A stretch of DNA of 64,000 nucleotides from Takakia lepidozioides. Its lineage: Eukaryota; Plantae; Bryophyta. The DNA lies in assembly GCA_030704615.1 (NCBI GenBank), contig CM060733.1, positions 31,496,001-31,560,000 of the forward strand, in the 5' to 3' direction. The notes beneath the pieces were generated by a model. It was not told the origin of the DNA. It made no database searches and saw nothing but the letters and a program-made list of their open reading frames with translations. This document shows positions 25,447-37,084 of this stretch, piece after piece; position 1 is the first letter of the stretch, and each line of letters opens with the position of its first letter. The position numbers were made by a program, and so were the translations under genes.

Positions 25447-25910
25447 AGCAAAAGAATGATGAAGGGAGGGCCAGTTGAGAGATAAAGGAAAGACCATGAG
25501 TTGCATAGAAATAGCAGACCTGCACTGTATGGTAGATCCATGTTACCTTGCATTTTCGGTGATTGCATGAGAACAAAGGGGGTTCAAGTAGATGCTACAT
25601 GCAAATGGTGAACTCATAGGCTGTCATTAACCCTCTGGTAAGCTGTTTTGAGTGACTGTATCAGCATGAAAACTAAGCATGGTGCAAGACAGAACCCTAG
25701 TCAGGCCTGTTGCACTATGCAGGGAACACCTTCACTTGTCCCATCCATGTCTTCTCTTCCGCTGCGGCGTGGATGAGGGCTTTATGAACTCTGATCATAA
25801 ACAGCATGGATGTAGCCAACCATGAGAGAGGGAGAACCAGAATACCAACAAGACCGTGCACTAAGAACTAGATTAGAATTAGACAGAAGGGGATATATGC
25901 CCCCTTCTTT

Positions 25911-28905
25911 TCACACTACAGCCTCCTCTACTTTCAGTCTTTCCGCGTCCTCTGGTTGGGGATCCGATTGCGCCTTCATAGCCCTGGCATTCGCTTCCTT
26001 CTTCAAGTTAACCTCCGAGAGGTCAACGGTCCCACTTGGGAGATCCACATACCAGGGGCAGTCTACCAAATGCTCGGCATGCCACTCCTTCGCCATTACT
26101 TCTGTGTACATCGTTCCACGACCTCCAGGTGTCCTCCACGCCAGGAAGAATGGTGGAACCCTTTGAATGGCTCTGGACGGAATGAGTGCAAAGTTTATGT
26201 ACCTGCAATCACGAGGCAGTTCAACAAAAATCATTCTACCGACGCATCATGCAAGTGGAAGTTGTCAATGCACAAGGTATTTCGGCACCGAAATACGGAG
26301 TGGACCGTGCCCCAATTACCCAGAACTCACATCTTGCAGAGGTATATTTCGGCGCCGCAATATCCATCGCTGCTTAACCAAATCATCTAAACTGCAAATA
26401 GGGGGATGCATTGTCAGCAGATTACCTGAACAGGACACGCATTGCCGCTTTGTCGGCACCCTCCTGCTCTTCGATGTATACGCTGCGTCTTGCCTTTGCA
26501 ATTTCTCTAAAAAAGAGGTTTGCGAAGCGCCCTCGCCAGGACTGCACGTAGTTCTCCATTGTCTCAGGCTTCGTCCAGTCGATCTGTAACTTGAAAGTGG
26601 TGGTGTTGCAGTCCAATTGCTCCTGGGCGTGGGTCAGTACCTGCATCATGGCAGGTTTCCAAAACATTCATGATTTTGAAATTGCGACGATGTCCAACAC
26701 AGAATAGGAGAAAATTATACCTGATGCCACCAAGTCATGACATTGAGCCAGTCGTTCATTTTGTCGTCTGTTGGCTCGATGGGAAAGTGGTACAGCAGCT
26801 TCGTGTTTGTATGGCCGTTCCAGATTCGCAGCCACCTCGTCTGCAGCCACCTCACATCGGTCAGACAAGAACTCCAACATAAGAATCGCGAGAAGTCACA
26901 AAACAAGAATAAACACATGCTTACCTTCTCCGCCGGCTCAACACAGGACACTGCGATGTGATGAAGTTTCTCCATGGACATTTCCGGTTTCATGGGTCTG
27001 GAGTAATGCAGTCCTATCTCCGCCAGGAACTCGGCACCAAGACCAGGGTCAGCGATTGCAACTTGCTTAACAAGTTTGGACCTGTACTTGGTCTGGGATT
27101 GCTTCCCTGCCTGCACAATATGACTCTCTATCGACGCGTCCGCCTTGTTGGGGCATCATTCTCAAAGAACTGCCTTTTGGCATAGGCCAAGTCATCCCTG
27201 ATGTTCGTCTGCATTCCCATACCTAGCAGATACAGTCAGGCCACGGATCCCTGCAACAAATAACATTAAATTGATACTGAAATTTGAGATGAACCTCACC
27301 GAATAGAGGATCTCCACCATGGCGTCCAGTGTTGGTCGGTACCAGGTGCGATCTGCTTTCGCTAGGGACTTCCTGTACAGCTCGGGATCGAGGGACTTTT
27401 GGAAGTCCGTCAGCGGAGCTGTCCCCACTTCTTGCACTCTGTAGAGCGTATGTGCCAGATGAGTTTCCACGAAGGCCCTCTCTGTTACCCTGCCATGGAG
27501 AAAAAAAACAACATGAAAATATGATTTCGGCACAGCAATCCAATTTCCAGTTCATAGAGTGCATGACAGTGGTGAACATTGCCTATTTCGGCGCCGCAAT
27601 AGGCAGTACACAAGGATGTAATTGTATACTTACAGATTTATATCCGCCATGGCACCCTTCAACAGTCCTCTGTCCCTGACGTCCACCTTCACGACAATGC
27701 AGTCTACCATGTAATGCCAACTGATATCTTGCTGATGCATTTCAGCAATGTACTCTGTCCAGGCAAGCATCCTGTGGTTCCCGTCCCAAACGAAGAACAT
27801 CTTCCCTTCCATGTGTGCGAATGTGGGATTAGTCTTCAGATAGGCTTCAAACTCGGCATTAACAGTGTGCCAGTGGGGGCCCCAATTCTGAAGCTCCTCT
27901 GCAGTGGGGCCCCTTGTGACACCCTGGTCATTCTCAATGGAAATGTAGAATGCTGCCGACCCCCGTCTGTACCCTTCTCTGAAGTTGTGCTTCAGTCGAT
28001 CGATATCCCCTGGCAGTGCTTGCCTTACAACTGGAAGGCTTACCATGCGACACAAAGGAACTTTGAGGTTCTCCGGATACACCATGGAGCCCAAAACGCG
28101 GCCTATGTTGCTATGAGTCTCTGCCAGCAACCTGTTTGCTGCTATGTTCATGTCTCGTGCGCTCATGAGCATACCCGCCACCAGTTTCTTACTTGTATCA
28201 CCTCTGTCACTTCCCTCACCCCTCTCACCAGCCTGTGTACTGTCCTGGAGGTTTTGCTCCTCCGCAAGCTCCAGCAGGTTCTGATCGTCGCCAAGTCGTA
28301 CCACGTTATCGTCCTCTCCTTCTGTCAGCTGAATGGGCCGCCCTTCTGCAGATCCGACTCCCACATCTCCAGCGGCCTCCACCGCATCTGTGTTTTCTGA
28401 AATTGACTGCAAACCCAATATCTCCGCTTCCAGTCTCCCTAGGGGTTTTACTGGCGAAGCCATGGGCTCCTTCTGCTTTCTCGGCTTCCGAACTCTAGGT
28501 GGGCTTTTGGGAGGCGATATCTGAGGTGTTGAATGAGGACTCGTCTGCCTCGATGCACTTCCACCTTGTGAGCGCAGCACCCGGGCAGGAGTATCCAAAG
28601 TTGACTGTGTTGCCTCGCCCCCCTGCGATCCCTCCCCAGCTCCCATGTCAAACAAACAGGAAAACATGAGACACTGCACGCCAAAAAAAAGGTGTAAAAG
28701 GAATATTGCGTATGGAGTGCTTCACATCCGCGAAGCACGAATCTCTCACTGGTGGGCGATCCGAGTCTCCGGATAACGAGGTCTGCATTTCATGCATGAG
28801 ACGGAGCTTAAGTCGTGTCGTCGGCGGCTTCCCAAAATCCCGCGTCCTCCTCTTTGCCGGAGTCGCCGGACCTTCCACAAACTCTATGCTACCACTATGC
28901 CGCAT
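25911..28905 (-). pseudogene. Multi-exon gene for a ParB/Sulfiredoxin-fold domain protein (putative MULE accessory gene; this copy probably damaged)
   Basis: ORF 27630-28679 contains LKVPLCRM...RQALPGDIDRLKHNFREG...FFVWDGNHRMLAW (GxxRxxA). Phase-compatible GT-AG joins include 27634/27489 (DINL|VTERAF) and further exons at ~27250-26925, ~26840-26721, ~26640-26426 and ~26236-25911. A stop and a frameshift are apparent at ~27150-27240. Confidence 0.7.
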
Positions 28906-29299
28906 AAGGAGAGGAAACGCAGGAGAACGTCACTGCAGAAGGGCAAGGAGCGAGAGAGCGAAGCGGTGGAACATGCAACCACTATGCACGAGCAGATGCG
29001 TAAGCAGCCACGTCTCCCGAAGCGTTGCCACCGTCCAATACTTTTTGCCGTATGGGTGATGAAGAGATTGTGACCCCTGACACGTTCGCACGGATGAAGT
29101 CGACTGGAACACGACGCGTGCCAGTTCCAGCCACTAGTACAAGACGGTTTATCCGAATTGCGGCACCGAAATACCTTCCGTTCACCGGATGCTGTTCCCG
29201 GAGCAGCCGGCATTGAATGAAATATCCGCACATCATGAAACCCAACCGCCATGAAAATCCCCTGCCTATGACATTCAACAGTCAGGTCGGTACGTTTCA

Positions 29300-30905
29300 A
29301 CAGCGGACGGATGAATTTCGGCGCCGAAATTCATCCTATTCAAGTGCTTTCATACGCAAACTTACGAATTTCGGCGCCGCAATTCATCGCTTCCGAAGTC
29401 CTCATCCGTCATGAGCAAACCTGTCAGTGGGATATCGGAGCCGGAATTAACTCCGGGACAGTGAAAACGGTTGCACTTGGGCACATTTCATCCATATTTC
29501 GGCGCCGAAATTCATTACGAATATCTCCGTCCGCGCGTAGACGAGGTGAAATCATCATTATTTCGGCGCCGAAATTCATCCAGAGCGAAGACTAAATTGG
29601 CACCATGCTACGCTTTGCCGCCATCATTGCCCCTGACGGATGCTGTCCATGCCTGTTGGACTTGCCATTTGTGGACATTTAACTATAATTTCGGCGCCGA
29701 AATTATACTTTATGTGCGGCAACGTCCCGTGCGAAAAAGACCACTTAATGGATACTGTCGGTTTCAAATGAAAAAAAAACGGCTAAAATGCAATTAATTT
29801 TGACAGAAGTGGTTTAATATGACGATTTCTCCATTAAATGCAGAATATTCCTGTTATATTCGTCGGAACGGGGTATTTTCAACGATTTATGGAAAATTAT
29901 CATCCAAAAGCAAAAAGTAAGTGCCGGGTTTGGACGAATTTCGGCGCCGAAATTCATCCGTCGCATAGAAAATGTAATATTAGAGTTACTCATTGCGGAC
30001 AGTAAGGATGAATTTCGACGCCGAAATTGATCCATTTCAAAGAAAAATAAATATTGGAGAGAGGGCATTGGATGAATTTCGGCGCCGAAATCCGGCGCTC
30101 AAACCCTAAAAAGAATTTGGAGGGATGAAGTCGGCTGAATTTCGGCGCCGAAATTCATTGCTCGCGAAGAAAAAAAAAAATTCAAGAGGACTTCGGATGA
30201 ATTTCGGCGCCGAAATTCATTGCTTGCGAAGGAAAATAAAAAATTTCGGGAGGACTTCGGATGAATTTCGGCGCCGAAATTCATTGCTCGCGAAGGAAAA
30301 TAAAAAATTTCGGGAGGACTTGGAATGAATTTCGGCACCGAAATTCAATGCTCGCGAAGAAAAAAAAAATCGGGAGGATTTCGGTTGAATTTCAGCGCCG
30401 AAATTCATTGCTCGCGAAGAAAAAGGAAAATTAGAAGGGAGTACTTGGATGAGATTCGGCGCCAAAGTTCATCTGTCGCAAAGAAAAATAAAAACAAAAA
30501 GGACTTCCAATGAATTCCGGCACCGAAATCCATCCGCAGGGCAGCAGAATTAGGGTCGGAAAAGGAGATGAAGAATGAATTTCGGCGCCGAAATACATCC
30601 ATTCTGCCGATTCAGTATTACTGTCATTCGGATGTCGGCACCGATATCCGGACACGTGGTGAATCACGACTGTAATCAGGAACACATTCATCCGTATTTT
30701 GGCATCTAAATTCAACCCATATGTGCAGATACAATTTAATGAAGAAGAAGTTCATCCGAATTTCGGCACCGAAATCCATCCGTTGGGTGCTTGGTCAGTT
30801 TAATGAGGTGAACAAATTACGATTTCTGTTGCCGGAATTCATCCCCTGGCTTCCAAAGCTGTTACATGACAGAGATGTTCATCCAGATTTCGGTGCCGAA
30901 ATTCA
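29300..30905. repeat. Array of the palindrome GATGAATTTCGGCGCCGAAATTCATC (subfamily B variant)
   Basis: About 20 or more dispersed copies, with a ~60-64 bp tandem period at ~30130-30480. Confidence 0.9.
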
Positions 30906-31154
30906 TGGGAAGGCCTGATTTATTGTAGCCCAAGTGGTTGTACATTACAATTCAGGCACCAAATATCCGATGTGAACTTGCTGTTCTCGTCTGTTTTTTT
31001 AACGTACGTTACACACCTTCATCTTTACGTGCACTGATCACCCATCCTGTTGGATACGGAATCCTCCAGAAAATCATTTGTGTTATTAGGTAGGACACAC
31101 TCTTCTCATTGCAGGACTTCGCTGCGGAGCGTACCGAGAGGTCCCGTCTTCAAA

Positions 31155-34100
31155 ATGGACTCCCGTGTTTGGGTCAACGTGTACTTCCATCCTGATTCTC
31201 TGAAAGCTAAAATACCCTGCGACCAAGGATTTGCGATTGTCACTGAACAGTACTTGTGTGTGAAGTTCGGGCTCCGCCCTGGAACGGTGTTTTTGGAAGA
31301 GGAGACGAAGGATGCTTATGGAAATTTTCTGGAAAGTGCCGTCATTCTGCATGCAGATTTCGGAAAAAGCAAAGAGTGGCGGCTCCCAGCTTCTGAATCC
31401 ATCCGGTACAGTGCCATTGGTGAAATCGTGCCTAGCTCCCACGCTGGAACTTGGTTGATCCTCCTTCCACAAGAGGGTCTGGCGTGCAAGATGTGAAGGA
31501 TGTGGGCACCTCTTCACAAGCAGAGAAGCCCAAACATGTGAAAAGGAAAATCCAGGAAAACAGGGAAACAATCGTCCACGACTTATCCAGTGACGATGAA
31601 GACTGTATGGTCCTTCCATCATATGTTTCGAAGTCGTCCATCACTAGGAGTGTTCAGCATACACCGTCCGACTCAACTTCCGTCCGCTCAGTAATCGACA
31701 TATTGCGAAGGATGAAGACAACGGGTTCCCGCTCCAGTGACCTTCTTAGGCTTGATTACGACAAAACTCCAATCCATTCTGTGGAAACTTTGCCTGATGT
31801 TGTGGATGGGAATGCTATCTACGAGTTCCCTCCAGTGCCGGCAGGCGCAGGCCCAGACGGCATGCTCGCAGGAATGAACAGGAAACATGACGGCCACCAG
31901 AGCATGCATTCACATCGGAAAGCATGAGCACCCCCTCGCCAGAGGCAATTGCAGAGTCGCTTTTCAACAAGCCCAGGATATTATCAAGGAGGAGGTGAGG
32001 TTGAGGCCGGGTGCAAAACCAAAGCAGATACAGCTCGCATCAGCACATAGGATTGCAATTGGCAGAATAATGTCGGAGGACGGAAGCACAAGAGAGAAGC
32101 TGGGCGAGGGGGACATGAAGGACCTGCTGGAAGCTGTCTCCCATGTGTGCAGCCCCAATGTCAGGAACCACATTGTCAGCTGCAAGAAACGAATCGGAAG
32201 AGGATCAGACATGCACTCCATCTTGGAAGTGAAGCGCACATGCGGCTACGACTTCATCCAAGGCAGCTTCTTTCCTGGTCAAGGCTCGGAGACGGACAGG
32301 TGCTTCATATTTAAGATGTCAACGTGCGGACCGGGGAGCGGCGTCGATTTGGTGAAGCGGATGACCAGTGGAGACCTTTCAAATTGTTGGGTCATGTTCG
32401 ACCACATCCGGCGAATTACCAACCACGATTGGGTGACAATGGGGGCACATGTATACGACCCACATTGCAGAAAGTTGATGACCATTGCTATCTGCAAAAT
32501 GAAGGGAGAAGACACAGATTCGGAGTTGCATATGTGGCGCGGAATTAATGAGCAAATGGCGAGAGCCAAGTTGCCCCCTCCCGATTTTAGGGGCTTCATG
32601 GCTGACAATGCCCAGGCAAACTGGGCTGCAGTTAGGAGGGTATATGGGGACGACCCAAAGACTCCAATGGAAGGAAAGGAGAGATCTTGCGGGTTCCACT
32701 TCATGCAGAGTTTGACGCAAAACACGAAAAGGTTCGAGGCGTCACGCCACCGGCAGGATCATATCAGTATGTGCCTAGCGTGGAAAAATGCGAATTCCAT
32801 CGACGAGGCGGAGACCGAGTTTGCAACCATACGCGCCTGGTGGGTGTCTTCAGGGGCAGTGAATGTGAAAGATCAGCCAGAACTACAAACGTGGCTTGCG
32901 TGGTGGCATTATAGATTCCGCCAGTTTGGAGACTACATGAGACAGGTAACACATTTCTGTACTTGACAATTGTTCTGTTTTGTGCTTGGACATTCTCCAC
33001 AATCAGTGACATATCTAATTTCCTTCAACATGACATGAGCTTGGAGGATGACACGGATATGCCGACGACGAACATGGCCGAATCGGTGCACTCTTCCTGG
33101 CGTGCTTCCTCTGCAGCACATCTCGTTGACATGTTGACAGCAACAACAGAAGATATTGTGAGGGCCATCATGCAACAATCTCATTACTACCAGTTTCTGG
33201 GAGGAAAGCAATGGGGTATCGGACCAGACAGGCAGGAGATGTTGATGAGGGCGGCGCATCGTTCGACCGATCCCAAAAAATGGACTGCTGCATTGCGGGA
33301 AACAATAAGGTCAACGCCGTTACACAGTCGGGGGAATTGCCTGGAGGGCGATGTCCGCAACCGGCCGGTGAAGAGAAGAATTGAGGACATGCCCGGAGGG
33401 GATGGGGATTCATGGAGATCAGATATGAACATCCGCACTCAACCTCGGGGCGCAACGATGTTGCGTCCCACGCCTCCACGAAGCAGGACTCGTACCCCCT
33501 CTCCTGCAGCATCCATGGAATCGTTGCCAGACTCGGGACAACATGCCAAGGATGGGCATGTTGCTCCTGTTTTCGTTACCCAATACAACATTCCAATCGT
33601 GGAGCGAGATGTGTCGGCCTCGCAGTGGAGAATTGCACGGACCCGTCCGACATTTCGTGGCAAATGTTGTGTTGTTCGTGTCGACACCAACCAGAGATGC
33701 AATGAGATGATTCGGAGGAGCCCGCAGGGCGGTGTGCCTGCCCCTTGCTTCACATGGAGATTTGTGTGCGCAAAGTTTGTGGAGGCCACACTGAAGGAGT
33801 TTTGGTTCTGCAGGCACGACATCATGTCGTGTGTGTTCAGCAAGCCCAAGTATGGTGTACAAGGCATGCCTGAACCACCGGCAGTCTGGCTTGTGGCAAG
33901 TGGTACAGATCTTACCCTGGAGGAGGCAGACGCTCTAGGAAGTGCAGGGTTTCGACTGGTGGAGAGGACAGACGTTCCACGAAATCCAATTCCCAATCGT
34001 CATCCTCCTCCCACGAGAAGCTCTTCGCCCCGCATACCGGTGGGTGACCCCGCAGCTTGGCCCACCCATCGGTGGGGGAAACTGAAAAGACGGCGGCCAC

Positions 34101-34213
34101 CAACAAAAGCGAACGACACCAGGATGGCCAACACTCTTGCAATGCCCTGCATAGTGCAAGGTTGCAGGGATGTTCCTCACCCCGGGATGGGGCGCATATT
34201 CCGATTCTCCTAG
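31155..34213 (+). pseudogene. MULE subfamily B transposase, defective
   Basis: MDSRVW... N-terminus is homologous to subfamily A, with VMFDH, FMADNA, SCGFH and NMAESVH. The GCM-like domain is deleted at ~31895 (KHDGH joined to TRACIH). The 86-bp intron 32946-33031 has acceptor CAT instead of CAG, and no SWIM motif is seen. Confidence 0.85.
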
Positions 34214-34592
34214 ACCCCGGCTGGGGAGCAGGTGGTTCCTACGCATCATGGACATGGACTTTCCGCATGTGTTGAAGCCGAACAGATCACGCACAGCGTT
34301 GCTGTATCGTTGGAATTGTTGCGAGTGGACGTATGATGAGTGCATAGGTGAAAACTTTACGCGTGGACGGACTGGCTCGGAAAGTGGGGACATTCTCTTC
34401 AGTTATGAGGATGAGGAGGAGGGGAACACAGGGCCCACTGTGAAAATGTCCTTCTACCAAGGGGGAAATCTTCGATTTTTGATTATTTTATAGTTTTTGG
34501 CCCGAAAAAAATGTGCCGAAATTCGAAGTGTGTTACTTTGCGGCTCATGGGTTAGCCATGCCCGCTCATGAGCTCATGGAATAGCAACCCCC

Positions 34593-37084
34593 GTCATCCC
34601 GTCCACCAACAAAAGGTTTAAGTTTGCCCTCTCGCCCCAAGTTGGGCGACTCAAACATGCGATGAGTTGGAGCTGTCGATGATACCACCAGCGTGCCGGG
34701 CTCGTCGTCACTCTGTCATTCCCAAAAATCGTGAGAACCAACATCGGTGCAAAAACCAGCATCGCAACGAGCAGCGCAACCACCATAGTAACAATCGTGT
34801 AACAAAAATGAAAACATAACAAGTTTAGGAAGTATGGAGAGCCATGCAACAACAATGAAAACAAATGCAACCATTGCCTGAGAATGACATGCACAAGCAG
34901 CCTTCTCCAGAGCTGCCGGATTTGCACACGCATTGCAAACAATCTAAGGTTCACTCATCCAGCGAAGCCAGGATGAAGATGCAAAAACAAAGAGAGGCAA
35001 CAAAGCAAAAGCGAAAGCGAAAGCAAAAGCGAAATCGAACAAAGCGAAAGCAGAAGTGGCTTGCCTGAGAGTACTCGGCTTCAGTTGGCGCGGGTTGTGA
35101 GCAAGGCACTGGAATCTCCTGCTGGAGCTTCAGTTTGGCCATGCGAGAGATTGGCCGTCGTCCGTAGTACAAAGCTTTCAACTTCCGCCGCGGTCTGGAT
35201 GTGAGGTCTCTCTCAGGAGAGCCACGCCCTTCAGGCGGCATAAGTCCCAGCCAAAATGGAAAAAGAACTTCGTTTTTGGGGTACATGCCTCGAATAGCAT
35301 GTTAAGCCAAGATTAGCATCAGATTTAGGGTACGTATCCAGGAAGCCATGTGTCGCCAGCCCGAATGAAAACGGATGGCGGTGGACATTTATTGCCCAAC
35401 TGCGCAATTAAATGTCGGATGAAGCCCTCCATGTCGGATGAAAATCGACGGAACTCGGCCCGGAATTTCCAACGTAGAGGTAATTCGGAGCGCTGCAGGA
35501 TGGAAATCCGGCGCCGGATTTCCATCCTGCAGGTAATTCGGAGCCCAACAGGATGGAAATTCAGCGCCGAATTTCCATCCTGAAAAATAGGGCGGCGTGC
35601 GAAATTTCCCTCACGCAGGTAATTCCGAAGCGGATGGATGGAAATCCGGCGCCGGATTTCCATCCGCACAGGTAGGGCGGCGCACGAAATTTCCCTCACG
35701 CAGGTAATTCGGAGGCGGACGGATGGAAATCCGGCGCCGGATTTCCATCCGCGCAGGTAGGGCGGCGCACGAAATTTCCCTCACGCAGGTAATTCGGAGG
35801 CGGACGGATGGAAATCCGGCGCCGGATTTCCATCCGCGCAGGTAGGGCGGCGCACGAAATTTCCCTCACGCAGGTAATTCGGAGGCGGATGGATGGAAAT
35901 CCGGCGCCGGATTTCCATCCGCGCAGGTAGGGCGGCGCGCGAAATTTCCCTCACGCAGGTAATTCGGAGGCGGATGGATGGAAATCCGGCGCCAGATTTC
36001 CATCCGCGCAGGTAGGGCGGCGCGCGAAATTTCCCTCACGCAGGTAATTCGGAGGCGGATGGATGGAAATCCGGCGCCGGATTTCCATCCGCGTAGGTAG
36101 GGCGGCGCGCGAAATTTCCCTCACGCAGGTAATTCAGAAGCGGATGGATGGAAATCCGGCGCCGGATTTCCATCCGCAAGGTTGGTCGGAGAGCGGATGG
36201 ATGGAGATCCGGCGCCGAATTTCCATCCTGCAGGTAACTCGGATCGCTGGCGTATGGATATTCGGCGCCGAATTTCCATTCGCCAGGTATTTCGAAGCGC
36301 TGAATTACCTTCCTGCAGGTAATTCAGAGCGTGTCCGGTTGATTTTTCGGATAAAAACATACCTAACTGTTTGTTTTGTGGCTGAAGTGCACTTGTAGAC
36401 ACATTTTTCTTGGAATCCTTGACTGCTAGAGACAAATCAGAACAGCCTCGGACGGAAATTCGGCGCCGTTTTTCCATTCTGGGAGGTTTTTACAACTTCC
36501 TTTGAGGCGGCCCCGATGGAAATTCGGCGCCGAATTTCCATCCGGGGGATGGTCTTTGTCGGAGAGGTGCCGGCCTCTCCGCCGCTCTGTTGGATATTCG
36601 GTGCCGAATTTTCGTCCGGGGGTTGAAATATGACGGCCAGGTGCCGGCCTCTCCCCCCTCCCTGACTGCATTAGAACGGCCCCGGATGGAAATTCGGCGC
36701 CGTTTTTCCATCTGGGGAGGTTTTTATGTCGGCCAATTTTTGGCCTGACCCCCCGACACGACTTCCTTTGGGGGGGCCCGGATGGAAATTCGGCGCCGAA
36801 TCTCCATATAGGGGATGCTCTCTGTCGAACGGCCTCTACGCCCGAGGCAACTTCATCCGGGCGTCCCCTGTTGGATATTCGGTGCCGAATTTCCGTCCGG
36901 GGGTTGAAATGTGACGGCCAGGTGCCGGCCTCTCCCCCCTCCCCGATTGCATCCGAACCGCCCCGGATGGAAATTCGGCGCCGTTTTTCCATCTGGGGAT
37001 GTTTTTATGCCGGCCAGTTTTCGGCCTGACCCCCAGACACGACTTCCTTTGGGGGGGCCCGGATGGAAATTCGGCGCCGAATGT
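34593..37084. mobile_element. Internal remnant of another A-related MULE (array plus possible first exon of a divergent gene)
   Basis: 36150-37081 is homologous to the A1 array (19000-20640). It is bounded by the MULE B terminus and a Gypsy LTR. Confidence 0.65.
35575..36180. repeat. 85-bp tandem repeat x ~7 containing GGAAATCCGGCGCCGGATTTCC
   Basis: GAAATCCGGCGCC occurs at 35641, 35726, 35811, 35896, 35981, 36066 and 36151. Confidence 0.95.

Larger units (their letters stand above)
25911..34592. mobile_element. MULE subfamily B: ParB-like gene <- palindrome array -> transposase; right terminus at 34592, left terminus not found
   Basis: The right end is GCTCATGAGCTCATGGAATAGCAACCCCC. The transposase is homologous to subfamily A. 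The same palindrome occurs in the intergenic array and in the introns of the left gene. The left boundary is a minimum. Confidence 0.65.

Noticed and set aside
27630-28679. Bacterial parB contamination or a host sulfiredoxin gene
   Set aside because: The gene has GT-AG introns and MULE motifs, no parA neighbour, and lacks the sulfiredoxin GCHR cysteine (it has GNHR).
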